A DNA stretch of 64,000 bases from Candidatus Poribacteria bacterium (lineage in GTDB: Bacteria; Poribacteria; WGA-4E; PCPOR2b). Positions 40,633 to 49,218 of the stretch are shown here, one piece after another. Location of the stretch: positions 4,096,001 through 4,160,000 of the forward strand of contig OZ242351.1 in NCBI GenBank assembly GCA_965208675.1, read 5' to 3'. The translations under genes were made by a program, and so were the position numbers. The notes below the pieces were generated by a model. It did not search any database, was not told the DNA's origin, and worked only from the letters and a program-made list of their open reading frames with translations. Position 1 is the stretch's first letter. Every line of letters begins with the position of its first letter.

Positions 40633-41214
40633 ATGTCTGATAGATTTAGAACCTGTTTGAAAAGTATGTAGCGGAGCCGGTTTTTGGTCATTTCAGGGCA
40701 ATAATCATCGGAATTTCAGGGCATTTACCCCAAAACAGCTTTTCCGGAAGACGGATTTGGACTTTTCAAACAGGTTCTTAAGCTTATTGCCACCGTCCAT
40801 GTATTTCTAACGAAAAATGACAGTGAAATTTTGCTCTTGAGGCGTTTCAATACAGGGTATGAGGACGGCAATTACAGCGTGATTGCCGGGCACATCAACG
40901 GTAACGAGGAGATTAAGGCAGCGGCAATCCGAGAAGCGAAGGAAGAGGCAGGAATCGAGATTCAGCTATCGGATATCAACGTGGTTGGGGTTATGCACAG
41001 GAAGGGAGAGGATGAACGGGTGGACTTTTTTCTTGCTGCCGCCAGATGGGACGGGCGCGTCGTCAATGCAGAACCGGAAAAATGCGACGATCTATCCTGG
41101 CATTCTGTCCACGATTTACCCGCCAATATGGTGCCTTATGTTAGGCGGGCACTCGAAAACTATCGGAAGGGCAAGTATTTTGAAAGTTTCGGCTGGGATG
41201 AAACGACCGAATAG
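40633..41214 (+). pseudogene. NUDIX hydrolase interrupted near its 5' end by a MITE
   Basis: Nudix box GHINGNEEIKAAAIREAKEEAG; removing 40649-40780 restores MSDRFKLIATVHVFLTKNDSEILLLRR; with the insert an in-frame TAG follows after 12 codons. Confidence 0.85.
40649..40777. mobile_element. 129-bp MITE with perfect 17-bp TIRs and TTA target duplication (IS5-like)
   Basis: GAACCTGTTTGAAAAGT ... ACTTTTCAAACAGGTTC flanked by TTA at 40646-40648 and 40778-40780. Confidence 0.9.
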
Positions 41215-41484
41215 GATTGAGCGCGTGAATGGCGAGCGCATTAGGGATTTCAGTGCGACAGAGAAGCCGCAGGTAAAGGGATTGATAGCAGGTGATAACA
41301 AAAACATGAAAAGCCTATTATTAGCGATTAAATTGCCTAGTCACCTACTATTCAAACAGGTTCTGACAGGCGCGCGGTTTGGTGTATGTGTACGTCCGCC
41401 CAACTGCAAGAGTTTCGCAACAGAGAGAACATAAGATGAGTAGGAACGGACATATCCCATCGGATGACGCGGCAGGAGTAAGGC

Positions 41485-42258
41485 ATGAGCATCAATGAAG
41501 CCGAATTAGAGCGATTTCATACCGACGGCCTTGTGACTTTGTCACCGAATTTTCCTCGTGGATGGCTCGAAGCTGCAAATGAAGCTATAGATGCGCTCGA
41601 CGATACCGATTTCAACCCCGAAGACGGGAGAGGTTTAGCCGGTTGGTATATGGGCGACGTCGTGCAATCCGGGTTATTGAGGCTTATCTACGATCCATTC
41701 TTCGAGGACGCTGCCAAGGGAGTCTTGCGTGCGGACGCAGTCGAATTGACGCTTGTGTCTCTGCGAGTGACGAAACCAAAGCCCAACGCCTCAGCGGCAT
41801 TTGAACCGCAACACGTTGATTTCAAATGTGGAACGGCCTCTTCCGAAAGCACGCCCGTTGCGATGCCCTGTGGCTTTTTTGTGTGGCTGACGGATGTCCA
41901 GGCGGATAATTGCCCTTTGTATTACCGCCCCGGCAGTCATTTACAGGTGATGCACTACATGGACAATCATCCGGACGACAATAATCATGAGATCCAACAA
42001 GCGCCGCCTAATCTTGAGTACGCGCCCGCGGTTCCGGTATTTGCGCAAAGTGGGCAAGTTTCCACGCTTTCAGGGACACTTGTCCACGGCGGATCTGTGA
42101 CGCCAGGGCATCGGGAACGTAGACTTCTCGTGATCGAGTTTAGAGCAAAAGGCACCGATTTTCCGTTGTACGCTCAGTTGGAGGAACGCAGCAGAAAATA
42201 CCTACAGGAGTTGAAGAATCACCTGCCATCCCACAGACTGCATCTGCTTCCTGAATAA
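41485..42258 (+). CDS. phytanoyl-CoA dioxygenase (PhyH) family protein
   Basis: FHTDGLV, QHVD (HxD), WLTDV, RPGSH, LVHGG. Confidence 0.85.
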   Translation: MSINEAELERFHTDGLVTLSPNFPRGWLEAANEAIDALDDTDFNPEDGRGLAGWYMGDVVQSGLLRLIYDPFFEDAAKGVLRADAVELTLVSLRVTKPKPNASAAFEPQHVDFKCGTASSESTPVAMPCGFFVWLTDVQADNCPLYYRPGSHLQVMHYMDNHPDDNNHEIQQAPPNLEYAPAVPVFAQSGQVSTLSGTLVHGGSVTPGHRERRLLVIEFRAKGTDFPLYAQLEERSRKYLQELKNHLPSHRLHLLPE

Positions 42259-42298
42259 GCCATGATATATTCTACTACGACACCGAAATTCTCACGCC

Positions 42299-42760
42299 AT
42301 GAAATTGAAAATTGAAAATCGTGATTGTGTTTTTTGTAGAATCGTAGGTGGTGAGACGGATTCTGCAACGGTATTTGAGGACGATGCGACTTTGGCATTC
42401 ATGGACCACCGGCAAAGCAACGAGGGGCACGTCTTGGTTGTTCCGAAAAGTCATTACGAACAAATCTATGACGTAGACGACGACACCGCATCGGCGCTTG
42501 CCAAAACGGTGCGGAATGTGGCACGTGCTGTGCGCCAAGTCTATGAACCGGAAGGCATATCCATTTGGCAGTCGAACGGCGCCGCGGCAAATCAGGAGGT
42601 ACCGCATGTTCATTGGCACGTTTTTCCGCGATACACCAACGATGGGCATCTTGTGGTGTATCCTGGGGGTACCGCCGGCAGACCGCGAAACAAACCGGTA
42701 GAAAATCTGAGAAGGATTTCTGTGCCTTTGATAGAAGCACTTAAGAATGGCATCGCTTAA
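42299..42760 (+). CDS. HIT family protein
   Basis: DCVFCRIV, GHVLVVPK.H, QEVPHVHWHVFPR. Confidence 0.93.
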   Translation: MKLKIENRDCVFCRIVGGETDSATVFEDDATLAFMDHRQSNEGHVLVVPKSHYEQIYDVDDDTASALAKTVRNVARAVRQVYEPEGISIWQSNGAAANQEVPHVHWHVFPRYTNDGHLVVYPGGTAGRPRNKPVENLRRISVPLIEALKNGIA

Positions 42761-42934
42761 CATTGCGGTTTAGTGCTATGTTATTGGGGCAGTTGTTTCC
42801 TTCGGACGATCCCTCTACAGCCTCTGAAATCGCTGACCCGCAGCGTGCAAACCAACAGCGCCTTGATTACAGATTGAAACCTTGTTTTTTTCCCTCAAAA
42901 ATAACTCAGTCAGCCGAACACATGGAGAACAGTA

Positions 42935-43633
42935 ATGGAAATCGGTTCAATTCATGACGCGGCAGCAAGCGGCGATTTGGACGCAGTGAAGAGATTCGTT
43001 GAACGAGACCCGCAGTTGGTCAATCAAGATGACGAATATGAATGGCGTCCGATTTTCCATGCCGGACTAAGACGCCATTATAATGTTGTCAAATATCTGA
43101 TAGATTCGGGTGCCGATTTGGCGGCTCATGACGGCTATGCCTTGCACTATGCGGGTGAAGTACCGGACAATAAGGATATCGTGTCGCTGCTCGTTTCCTA
43201 TGGTGGGTTGGATGCACACACCAAACCATCATCCGAGCCCGCTCGGCAGTTTATATATGCCGTTTTTTTAGCTAATGTGACGCGGGTAAAATCCATGCTC
43301 GGCGAAAATCCAGCGTTAGTACGGGAGCGCTACGCACGGGGTGATACCGCTTTGCACCATGCCGCTCGAAACGGTGACATTGAAATCGCAAAACAGTTGG
43401 TCTCCTGTGGTGCAGATGTTAATGCAACATCAGATCACGAGCATTTTCCTTTATACTGTGCAGCCGGACATGGACACTTAGAAACCACCCGATATCTAGT
43501 AGAAAACGGCGCAGATTTAAGGGCTAGACTTAGCGATGGAAAAACAGTTGGTGAATGGTTAAGACAGTATGCGGACGCCGACAGCCGATTTAGGTTATGT
43601 CTAGATTTTTTGGAAGCACAAGGTGCGACGTGA
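42935..43633 (+). CDS. ankyrin repeat protein
   Basis: IHDAAASGD, GDTALHHAARNGDIEIAKQLVSCGADVN, PLYCAAGHGH. Confidence 0.92.
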   Translation: MEIGSIHDAAASGDLDAVKRFVERDPQLVNQDDEYEWRPIFHAGLRRHYNVVKYLIDSGADLAAHDGYALHYAGEVPDNKDIVSLLVSYGGLDAHTKPSSEPARQFIYAVFLANVTRVKSMLGENPALVRERYARGDTALHHAARNGDIEIAKQLVSCGADVNATSDHEHFPLYCAAGHGHLETTRYLVENGADLRARLSDGKTVGEWLRQYADADSRFRLCLDFLEAQGAT

Positions 43634-43767
43634 TACGGGCTTTCGGAAATTCTTTCAGCAGCGTGTTCCTTGAACAGTTTCGGATGATAGGGTTGCCAAA
43701 CATTCCTGTTGCTCCAAAGACTGTATGCGGCACACGATTTTAGTAGAGATTCCCTCAGGGAGGTGTC

Positions 43768-44511
43768 ATGTCGATTGAATCTTTAGCCGACTTTGAAGGC
43801 ATGTCGCGGGTCGGAAAAGCTGTTGCGGCAACGTTGAGGGCAATGTCGGACTACGTTCGTCCGGGGGTTTCGACTGCAGAAGTAGATTTCGTTGGCGCGC
43901 AAGTTCTCAGGCAGCACGGGGCGCGGTCAGCACCACAGTATTTCTATGATTTCCCTGCAGTCAATCTGATTAGCGTCAACGATGAGGTCGTTCACGGTAT
44001 TCCCGGCGATCGGCTTTTGCGATCCGGGGATTTGGTAAGCCTTGACGTTACCGCAGAGTTAGATGGATACATCGCGGATGCGGCTACAACCATTCCGCTC
44101 CCACCGTATTCTAAAGAGGCCGCGAAGTTGTGCCGTTGTGCGGAAACAGCCTTTGAGAAGGCGGCGGCGGTTGCTCGTGCCGGAAGCCCCATCCATTGTA
44201 TTGGTAAAGCCGTTGAACGAGAGGCGGGCAAAGATGGGTTCGCCGTGATTAAGGAGTTAGGAGGTCACGGTGTTGGTAGACACATCCATGAAAATCCGTT
44301 CGTTGCCAACTTTTTCCATCCAACCGATACGCAGCCGTTGACTGACGGTCTGGTTATCGCGATTGAACCGCTGATTGCTGAACGTTCGGGGAAAATCTTT
44401 GAGGACGATGATGGCTGGACAATTCGAACAGTCGATGGCGGTCTATCTGCACATTATGAACACACCGTAGTGATTAGGGAAGGTAAACCTATTTTACTTA
44501 CGGTGGCGTAG
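43768..44511 (+). CDS. map: type I methionine aminopeptidase
   Basis: ISVNDEVVHGIPG, GDLVSLD, GYIAD, GHGVG..IHE, AIEP, SAHYEHT. Confidence 0.95.
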   Translation: MSIESLADFEGMSRVGKAVAATLRAMSDYVRPGVSTAEVDFVGAQVLRQHGARSAPQYFYDFPAVNLISVNDEVVHGIPGDRLLRSGDLVSLDVTAELDGYIADAATTIPLPPYSKEAAKLCRCAETAFEKAAAVARAGSPIHCIGKAVEREAGKDGFAVIKELGGHGVGRHIHENPFVANFFHPTDTQPLTDGLVIAIEPLIAERSGKIFEDDDGWTIRTVDGGLSAHYEHTVVIREGKPILLTVA

Positions 44512-44618
44512 CGGTTAGTGTTCTGTTGACGCACGTTTCTTGCTGCGGAAAATATGCGCTTCCGCCTTTCAGATTACGGCGAGCGTCATTTGAGAAGTGT
44601 CGCACGAAAGGCTTCAAA

Positions 44619-45458
44619 ATGAAGACCAACAGTCCGTTCCACGATGAAACCTACCTTCGAGCCAACCGGGAGAATTGGAATGAACGGGTCGAACACCACT
44701 ACGGCACGAAGTATTACGATGTTCAAGGATTTCTCTCTGGCAGATGCACGTTAAAGCCGGTCGAGTTCAAAGCACTTGGTGAAGTTACCGGAAAGCGAAT
44801 TCTCCATCTGCAATGCCACTTTGGTCTCGATACGCTTTCACTTAGCAGAATGGGCGGAATCGTGACGGGTATAGACTTTTCCGAGGCAGCAATTCGGAAA
44901 GCAAAGAATCTTAGCGAAATGACCAAGCTGAATGCCGAGTTCCATTGCGCTGATGTCCACTCTGTGTGTGATGTTCTGGATTGTGGTTCATTCGATCTCG
45001 TCTTTGCCTCTTACGGCGTGTTCTGCTGGATACAGGATCTCTATCGATGGTTTTCGGTTGCGAGCGCAATGTTGAAACCTGATGGCAGAATTTTCGTAAT
45101 CGATGGACATCCGGCACTCGACATGCTTAACTATGATGCCGCGGACGACTGGTTTTCGTTCAACGGACACTATTTCCACGAGGAGACCCCGGAACTATGC
45201 ACTGTAAAGGAGTCTTACACTGGTGAAGGCGGTAGTCTGGTGAATTCCACAACCTACCAGTGGTACCACCATCTTGGTGAATATGCCACCGCGGTTGGAT
45301 CCGCTGGTCTCATAATCCATTCGTTAGCGGAGTACCCCTATTGCCATTTTCGCAAGTTCCCGTGCATGGTTCAACGCTCCGATGGCTATTGGGAGATTCC
45401 GAATCACAGCTTACCCATCATGTTCTCCATGGATTGCAGGAAGGCGGCTATTGTGTAA
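44619..45458 (+). CDS. class I SAM-dependent methyltransferase
   Basis: NRENWNERV, ILHLQCHFGLDTLSL, GIDFS, LKPDG. Confidence 0.9.
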   Translation: MKTNSPFHDETYLRANRENWNERVEHHYGTKYYDVQGFLSGRCTLKPVEFKALGEVTGKRILHLQCHFGLDTLSLSRMGGIVTGIDFSEAAIRKAKNLSEMTKLNAEFHCADVHSVCDVLDCGSFDLVFASYGVFCWIQDLYRWFSVASAMLKPDGRIFVIDGHPALDMLNYDAADDWFSFNGHYFHEETPELCTVKESYTGEGGSLVNSTTYQWYHHLGEYATAVGSAGLIIHSLAEYPYCHFRKFPCMVQRSDGYWEIPNHSLPIMFSMDCRKAAIV

Positions 45459-45571
45459 CCGCACAGTTTTCGTTGCGGCGATACCGCACCTTTTCCCCGA
45501 CAACGCTCGACAAGCTTGGGGATCGCGGACCGGCGTAACGTATGCCAAAGGTAGGCAAGAACGGCAAACCA

Positions 45572-46396
45572 ATGCGTGAAGGTGATGTTTTCCAAAACAC
45601 AAAAATTCCCGTTACAGTCGAATCGTTGCAGTCCGATTTTCGTGCGCTTGGCGTTAGGGCGGGGCTGGTATTGATGGTACATTCATCCTTGAGCGCGATG
45701 GGATGGGTGTGCGGCGGAGCTGTGGCGGTCATACTGGCACTTCAGGAAGTCTTAGGCGCCGCTGGGACGCTTGTGATGCCCGCCCATTCAACGGACTTGA
45801 CAGAGCCAAGCGAGTGGCAAAATCCCTCTGTACCTGAGTCGTGGTGGCAGGTCATACGTGCGTACATGCCAGCCTACCATCCGGACCTGACGCCCACACG
45901 CTCAATGGGTGTTATTGCAGAGACGTTCCGAAAGCAAAATGGCGTTCTCCGCAGCGCACATCCGCACCACTCGTTTTGTGCACGTGGCCCTCAAGCGTCG
46001 CACATTACAGATAACCATCCATTGGCGTTTGGCATGGGAGAGGGTTCGCCGCTTGCGAGAATCTACGATTTGGACGGTTTTGTATTGCTTCAAGGTGTCG
46101 GTCATAACCGCAATAAATCAATGCACCTCGCAGAATATCGGGCGGCCTACCGAACCAAACACACGGTACAACAGGGGGCGCCGATTTCATCGTCGGGTTC
46201 AAGGAGATGGACCATCTTTGAAAATATCGATCTTGACAGTTCCGATTTTGAGCGTATCGGTGAGGACTTTCTTCAATCTGATGCGGGAAAACTGGTACGT
46301 CGCGGCACAGTTGGTCTTGCAGCGTGCCAACTCATGTCACAACGCGCCATCGTTGACTTCGCTGTTGATTGGCTTGAAGGGCATAGGACGCAGTGA
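45572..46396 (+). CDS. AAC(3)/YokD family N-acetyltransferase
   Basis: MVHSSLSAMGWVCGG, GTLVMP, MGVIAETFR, RSAHP..SF, SPLARIYDLDG, HLAE. Confidence 0.9.
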   Translation: MREGDVFQNTKIPVTVESLQSDFRALGVRAGLVLMVHSSLSAMGWVCGGAVAVILALQEVLGAAGTLVMPAHSTDLTEPSEWQNPSVPESWWQVIRAYMPAYHPDLTPTRSMGVIAETFRKQNGVLRSAHPHHSFCARGPQASHITDNHPLAFGMGEGSPLARIYDLDGFVLLQGVGHNRNKSMHLAEYRAAYRTKHTVQQGAPISSSGSRRWTIFENIDLDSSDFERIGEDFLQSDAGKLVRRGTVGLAACQLMSQRAIVDFAVDWLEGHRTQ

Positions 46397-46420
46397 ACCA
46401 GTCAGGAATTCGGTGATTCC

Positions 46421-46999
46421 GTGGATAATCCAAATATTGTTATCATCGGCGATGAATCGCAGGCTGGAACATACGTTCTGCGGATTCATCTCAATGCGGA
46501 CACTTCATTACGGTTCGGGCGATTCAAGCGTGGGAAATTGATTTCGCTGCCCGCCGGTGAATACGCCTATGTCGGCTCCGCGCTCTCGGAGAAAGGTTCG
46601 ACATCTCTGGCGCGGCGGCTGATACGACACGCAACTCGAAGTGAGGGTCAAGCACCGCACCGTATTCGAGAAGAGATGATGCGCCGATGCGTTGAATGCG
46701 GTTTGGGAAACGGCGACTTGCTGCCAAAGCGCGGTAAAACCTTATTCTGGAACATTGACTTCCTCTTGGATTTGGGTTCGGCGGAGATTGCGGGCGTCTA
46801 CGCCATTCGGTCAGGAAAACGATTGGAAAGCAGGCTTGCCAAACACCTTGAGCGGGATTCACACACGGAAGTTATCGAACGCGGTGTAGGTGCGAACGAT
46901 GTCCCAGGCAACACACATCTGTTGCTCGTCCGCGCGGAGGAGCGGTGGTGGGCGTCGCTCGCGGCGAAACTTGCTAACGTGGGTGACGGTAGTTCGTAG
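46421..46999 (+). CDS. DUF123/GIY-YIG nuclease family protein
   Basis: GTYVL, GEYAYVGSA, LARRLIRH, WNIDFLL. Confidence 0.8.
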   Translation: MDNPNIVIIGDESQAGTYVLRIHLNADTSLRFGRFKRGKLISLPAGEYAYVGSALSEKGSTSLARRLIRHATRSEGQAPHRIREEMMRRCVECGLGNGDLLPKRGKTLFWNIDFLLDLGSAEIAGVYAIRSGKRLESRLAKHLERDSHTEVIERGVGANDVPGNTHLLLVRAEERWWASLAAKLANVGDGSS

Positions 47000-47160
47000 T
47001 CGGCGTATGACGGAAGTATCCTATCGGCATCCTGAGCAGAGCGGAAGCTGGTTCGCGAATCAGCTAATTGCGCAGCACCGATGAATACATCGGGGGACAA
47101 CGTGTGGATACACGCTTCTGTATTCGTACCCGAAAACCGTATAGATAAAGAAAAAGGCGA

Positions 47161-47290
47161 GTTTGCACGTAAAGACAGATAAAACCATTTTCATATGGCG
47201 GGAACAGCAGACCACAAAAGAATTTAATTTTCCCGGTTTCTTTCTGTTAGTAGAATTATACTGTAAATCTATCTACATGTTTACACACTC
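47161..47290. repeat. direct repeat copy A flanking the lectin gene
   Basis: Aligns by eye with 48985-49132 (CACGTAAAGA.AGATAAA.CCATTT, GCAGACCACAA, TAATTTTCCCGGT, TGTAAA.CTATCTACA..TTTAC). Confidence 0.75.
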
Positions 47291-47313
47291 TTTGAATTAT
47301 GTGCCACGTTTAA

Positions 47314-48822
47314 TTACCTATCCCCCAACGGTGCTTTACCGTCAATCCGTTTTTCAAGGATGGCTACTCTAGGTAATGATGCACTTAAGTCTCCACCTGC
47401 AAGTTGCCCATGTGTACGCCACTGTCCACGTAAATTCCCGCCCATGCTACCATAAGTATCAGCCTCTGTATGCTCCGGTTGACTCCTCATCCAGTTGGTA
47501 TAGACAACTGGTTCCCCGCTGTTCCACTGCCATTCGCCCGCTTCAACTGAATAGGTCAACCCAATCCAATAGGAATGAAAGCCAAAGTGCTCGACCAGCC
47601 ATTCCTGCTCGGTACTGTCATTTATTGAAACGAGTTGTGCACCTTCTGTGCGTGCTTTGGTTTGGGCATCTTGCCAACTGCTGCAACGAATGCTTTTGTA
47701 AAGGCTTTCATTGGGAGCCCCAATCCACACGCCAAGCATGTTCGGTTCGGTGGGTGCCATCAATCCCATCATATCCCGAATTGGTGTGTCGTTGAGTGTG
47801 AAAACTACGTCTTTTCGTTCTTCCCCAGATTTGACCGTAAACTTCGATGTCGCAGAGAGTCCTTGATATTCTACGGAAGCGACATAGACTCCACGTTGTG
47901 GTAAATATTCGATAAAATAACCGGCATAATCGGTCACGGGCCGGCGACTTGAATGGTGGAGAGAATTTTTATCCGAACCGTCACTGCGTACGTCTAACAT
48001 GAACATTGCTTTCGGAAGGGCGGTGCCGTCCTCAAATACGATTCGTCCCCGCATTGACATGGAAGTTTCTTGGAGCGTGAAGACCAGATCTTCCCGCTGC
48101 TCTCCACCTTTTAGGGTAAACTCGGACGTTGCCGAAAGCCCTTGACATTTCACCGATACCTTGTAGGATGCGACCTCGAAATTAGGCTCATCAACGTATC
48201 TCACAAAGTAACCGTCGGAGTTCGTTCGCGTTGACCAATCTTTAAACTCTTTTCTGGCCAGCCTCCCAATGTCATACTCACGTTGCTCGTGGAGGTCGAT
48301 CTGTGCGTTAGCAAACTGTGTGCCATCCTTGGAAACCACCTTTCCCCGATACCGAGTACGAGGCCGCGCCGTGATTCTCACGTTTTCGAGATGTGTTCCC
48401 GGCTCAACCAAAAACTTAATCCCTTTTGGGTGCGACAGGATTGTTGGATAGACGGTTATCGCGCCGACTTTCATTGATAGCAATTCATAACTTTTCTGAG
48501 ATTCCTGCGGCGTTGAAGACGATCCAATCAGTTGAACCGGGCCGGACATTACGTGGGTGATAAAGAAGTGTCCCGCTTCATCGGTTTTATCGACAGATAT
48601 TATCGGAAGGCCGCCATTTTCCGCAACAGCATAGCCGTTGACAAGTTTTATGGGCTTCATGGTTAGAGGAAACCCGGCGACCGGGTTCCCTTCTACATCA
48701 ACTACACGCCCAGAGAGTGTGCTTGGGATTTTGGGCGTGATGCCGAGCGACACGGAGGTCAGCAACAACGCCACAATCCCGGTAATTGATGTCACGCTGA
48801 ATTTGAATATTGAACGATTCAT
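47314..48822 (-). CDS. secreted protein with carboxypeptidase-regulatory-like Ig repeats and a C-terminal C-type lectin domain
   Basis: Signal peptide; LSGRVVDVEGNPVAG; internal duplication (QGLSATSEFTLKGGEQREDLVFTL / QGLSATSKFTVKSGEERKDVVFTL); SWQDAQ..A...GAQLVSIND..EQEWL...YWIGL...WQWNSGEPVVYTNW. Confidence 0.85.
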   Translation of the reverse strand: MNRSIFKFSVTSITGIVALLLTSVSLGITPKIPSTLSGRVVDVEGNPVAGFPLTMKPIKLVNGYAVAENGGLPIISVDKTDEAGHFFITHVMSGPVQLIGSSSTPQESQKSYELLSMKVGAITVYPTILSHPKGIKFLVEPGTHLENVRITARPRTRYRGKVVSKDGTQFANAQIDLHEQREYDIGRLARKEFKDWSTRTNSDGYFVRYVDEPNFEVASYKVSVKCQGLSATSEFTLKGGEQREDLVFTLQETSMSMRGRIVFEDGTALPKAMFMLDVRSDGSDKNSLHHSSRRPVTDYAGYFIEYLPQRGVYVASVEYQGLSATSKFTVKSGEERKDVVFTLNDTPIRDMMGLMAPTEPNMLGVWIGAPNESLYKSIRCSSWQDAQTKARTEGAQLVSINDSTEQEWLVEHFGFHSYWIGLTYSVEAGEWQWNSGEPVVYTNWMRSQPEHTEADTYGSMGGNLRGQWRTHGQLAGGDLSASLPRVAILEKRIDGKAPLGDR

Positions 48823-48984
48823 AGTGAATATCCCCTTTCGGTTGGTGCGCTGTGAAAGATTGAAAAATAGAATCTACGCAAGAATCATCAAACCATCTCC
48901 ATATTACCATATTTCCCTTTTTTTGGATTGGGGTCATGAGTCTAGGTTTCCTCCCGTTAATCAAGAATTGTATAATCTTTGAGA

Positions 48985-49132
48985 GTTTTCACGTAAAGAT
49001 AGATAAAGCCATTTGCTGATAGCGGAGCATTTTCAGATGGCTGGAAATGCAGACCACAACCGGATCTAATTTTCCCGGTCTTTTTCTGTTTGTAAAATGA
49101 TATTGTAAACCTATCTACAAATTTACGCTCTC
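48985..49132. repeat. direct repeat copy B, upstream of the lectin gene
   Basis: Homologous to 47161-47290 with a short insertion; contains TGTAAA-N12-TTTACG. Confidence 0.75.
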
Positions 49133-49218
49133 GGAAATACGTCCGCGCGCGGTAAAACTGGGGCAAATGGACGCCGCTGTGATTTAGATGTCGTCGCTGG
49201 CCTCAAGTCAATCCCTCA

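Noticed and set aside
34344-46396. Clinical aminoglycoside resistance cluster (APH, AAC(3))
   Set aside because: Only family-level motifs are present; YokD-like and APH-like proteins are widespread with unknown substrates.
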